From assembly GCA_951406725.2 (NCBI GenBank), contig OX597815.1:70122001-70186000 (forward strand): a DNA stretch of 64,000 bases, in the 5' to 3' direction. Positions 61,190-64,000 of the stretch are shown here, piece after piece (the stretch's first letter is position 1; each line of letters begins with the position of its first letter). The notes below the pieces were generated by a model. It was given only the letters and a program-made list of their open reading frames with translations, was not told the DNA's origin and made no database searches. Source of the stretch: Octopus vulgaris. Lineage: Eukaryota. The position numbers and the translations under genes are program-made.

Positions 61190-64000
61190 AATTATGGAGT
61201 GAATTTTAGGGCTTATAAATCTAATATTCTCCTATCCTTCTTTAATACCAGTTCCCATATGCTGTTCATATCTGCACTTGGTCTGCTTAGGAGGTTGTTG
61301 TGTCCTAGCATATGTGCTGCTTCTTTTAGTTTTCTTATTTTCCAGTGGTGTTCTCTGTCTATTATTTTAACTTCATCCCACAGGGGGAGGTGCTCTCCAT
61401 TTTTCCATACATGATCTCCTCCTTTCACAGCTTTACGATGTTCCTCTACCCTTATTTTGAGGGGGCAACATGTTTCACTTTTGTATAAGCTACCACAGCT
61501 GCATGGGATGGAGTACACGCAGTTCTTAGTCATATTCTCTTCTATTGGTGGTTTTACTCAAAGGAGATATTTGCAAAGTGTTGTATTACTTTTGAATACT
61601 GTCCTGATGTTATATGGGCCGCATATCTTTGGTATCTTTTTGGAGAGGCCTTTCACATAGAGTAGACAGACTGTGGACAGTTTATCGGTTTCATCCTCTC
61701 TTTTCTTCATAATTGGAGTGGAAAGTATGCTTTTGGTGTAGTTGTTGCTTAATAGATTGTTACTGAGCTTGATCATTTCTTCGTGGTGGGTATCACGATT
61801 GCTACTTATATTCATTGCTTGATGTTTTGGGCACTGAGCAGTCCCTCTCTTTACACTGTATGGATGGTGGGAATTGTAGTTGAGGTGTCGTCCAGTGAAG
61901 GTCAGCTTGCACTATACGGATGTCCTGAATCCATACTTGGTGCATGTTATTAATACGTCCAAGAATGCTAGCTGATTGTCTTTTTCTTTTTCTATTGTGA
62001 ACTGTATGGAAGGCTTTATTGAGTTCACATGATCTTACAGCACTTGGACATCTTCCTGGTGGGGCCAGAGTATGAAGGTATCATCAACATATCACCGCCA
62101 TAAGGTTGGTTTTGGTGGTGTTGATCCTAAAGCCAAATTCTCAAAGTATTCCATGTATATATTGGCTATTATTGGTGATAATGGTGAACCCATAGCTAAA
62201 CCCTTTTCTTGTCTATATATATCTGAAGTAGGTAGTTTCTACACAGAAGGTCAATATTTCTATCAAGTTTCTAATTGGTATACTAGTGTGTTCTTTTAGA
62301 TGGGTGTCTGTCACTAGTTTTTCTTGAATCATCGATAGTGCTTCACCAGTTGGGACTTAGGTGAACAGACTTATCACATCTACACTCACCATTTGGTTGC
62401 ATTCAATGGGGGTATCTTTGATCAATTCTGTGAAGTGGGTGGAATTCTTCACGTACAATGTTGACTTTCCTGCTAATAGACTGATTATATCCACAAGGAA
62501 GCGGCTCAGTGGATCTCATGCTGAACCTCTTCAACTCACTATATGTCTTAATGGAATATTATCTTTGTGAATCTTAGGAAGACCGTACATGTGTGGTAGT
62601 TTACTGTAGTGTTGAGTCAGTTGTCTGTACTTCATTGGTGTAAAGTGATCCTTGTTCTTGATCAAGATCTGTGACAACTTCCTCTCTATTTTCAAAGTAG
62701 GGTCTTTATTTACTTTGCTCTAGCTACCATCACTTATAAGACTTGCCAGTTTTTCCGAGTAGTCAGAAAACAACAACAAAAACATCAAAAAATGCCTTAG
62801 GAATGAGAACCCAGGTTCGAAATTTCCCCAAGACACCTGGAGGGTATGTCAGCCGAAACATTGTGTTAACAACAAACAAGATGAGGACAAATATCCGTCA
62901 ATCGTAAATAATGTACATAATTCCCCATTTCTTAAACATAGAACTGTAGAAAACAGATATTTGAAGAGATTCCATGATACAATCAGATACCAAAACAACA
63001 AAAGAATCTTTAGTTGTCAAGGACTATAGAATTTCTCAAACAACAATAAATACATTATTAATATAGATGGAGGGAAATATGAAGGCAGGTGAATTGACAG
63101 AAAGAGTACAATGTCATATTCTGAATACCACAAAACCCTGCAGGGACTCAGAGCTGTGCATGAGAAATAATTTGAACAAACGTTATGTAATATACTATAC
63201 TCGCAAAAATTGGCTAGCTGCCTAATACTGGCAAGCAAACATAGGCGTGATATTATATGATAATCCAACCTAGAAATAAAATATAAATAAAGATGTAAGT
63301 AGGACAAGTATGCACATAATAAATGAGGTTTTTAAACAAACTGTATCACAATTCATTTTGTGTATGTGTGTCAATTCAATGTTTATGGATGTATGTGTAT
63401 ATATGTGTGTGTGTGCATATAAAGACAACTACAGGTACATCAGATGTCATACAACATAAATTTTTGATTTATTAAAATTATCTCTGTGTCCAGAAGAGGT
63501 ATCGTAATTACCAAATAGCAATTAAGATAAACTCCACTTCAGAAGGGAAGATAATCTCAAGATTCAAGTATTCTCCAAAGTTGATATGAAAAAGGATAGA
63601 TTTATTGTATGAAAAAAAGAAGATAGTTGTGAACACATATTTCTGGCAAAATAGCCCTCATCAGTATAACAATTGTCTGATTTTATCTCTAGTAGCCAAG
63701 GGTCTTAGACTTATACGAAAAAAAGAATAGAATATATTTATAGCCAAAGAAACTTGCATAATGTTAGGTACAGGCATAGTTACGTGGTTAAGAAGTCACG
63801 TCTGAAACCATACAGTTTTGAGTTCAGTATCACTGCAAGACACCTTGAGCAAGTGTCTTCCACTCTACCTCTAGGCTGACAAAACCTGACGAGTGAATTC
63901 AGTAGATGAAAACTGATACAAGCTTGTCATACATATATGTATATAGGCGCAGACAAAGCTGGATGTGCTTCCAAGTGCCAACCACTTTACAATGTGGACT

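Larger units (their letters stand above)
60608..62947 (-). mobile_element. Penelope-like retroelement (RT plus GIY-YIG endonuclease), 5'-truncated, with inverted pLTR and 12-bp TSD
   Basis: Minus-strand degraded ORF: YVDDTFILW, NSIKPSIQFTIEKEKDNQLAFLDVLI, HLNYNSHHPYSVKRG, and GIY-YIG NCVYSIPCSCGSLYKSET...KIRVEEH. Segment 60977-61105 is inverted at 62768-62905. AGAAAACAGATA occurs at 60596-60607 and 62948-62959. A SINE B copy (60620-60966) interrupts the left pLTR. Confidence 0.92.

Overview
AT-rich, repeat-dense animal genomic DNA. The SINE/MITE families and microsatellite load suggest an octopod cephalopod (inference, not checked by search). One protein-coding gene is supported: a minus-strand JMY/WHAMM-family actin nucleation-promoting factor. 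Its 9 coding exons (38317 to 20774) splice in consistent phase to 829 aa, with one GC-AG intron. The rest is transposon-derived: degraded mariner and Tc1 elements, RTE/RTEX/CR1-like LINE fragments, tRNA-derived SINEs, TTAA- and TA-flanked MITEs, and a 5'-truncated Penelope-like element (RT plus GIY-YIG) with a 12-bp target-site duplication. The most striking unexplained signal is a set of seven distinct short repeat families, most of them fold-backs. Each carries a minimal type I hammerhead ribozyme motif (one only its 3' half) with a family-specific palindromic stem-loop III. They include an apparently intact copy (56688-56803), a young G3-C8 covariant core (57962-58012), a ~352-nt retrozyme-like unit (40892-41500), and a Penelope 3' end with a tRNA-derived Pol III promoter just upstream of its hammerhead. 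All ribozyme calls were folded by eye and need covariance-model and biochemical confirmation. Repeat boundaries are approximate.
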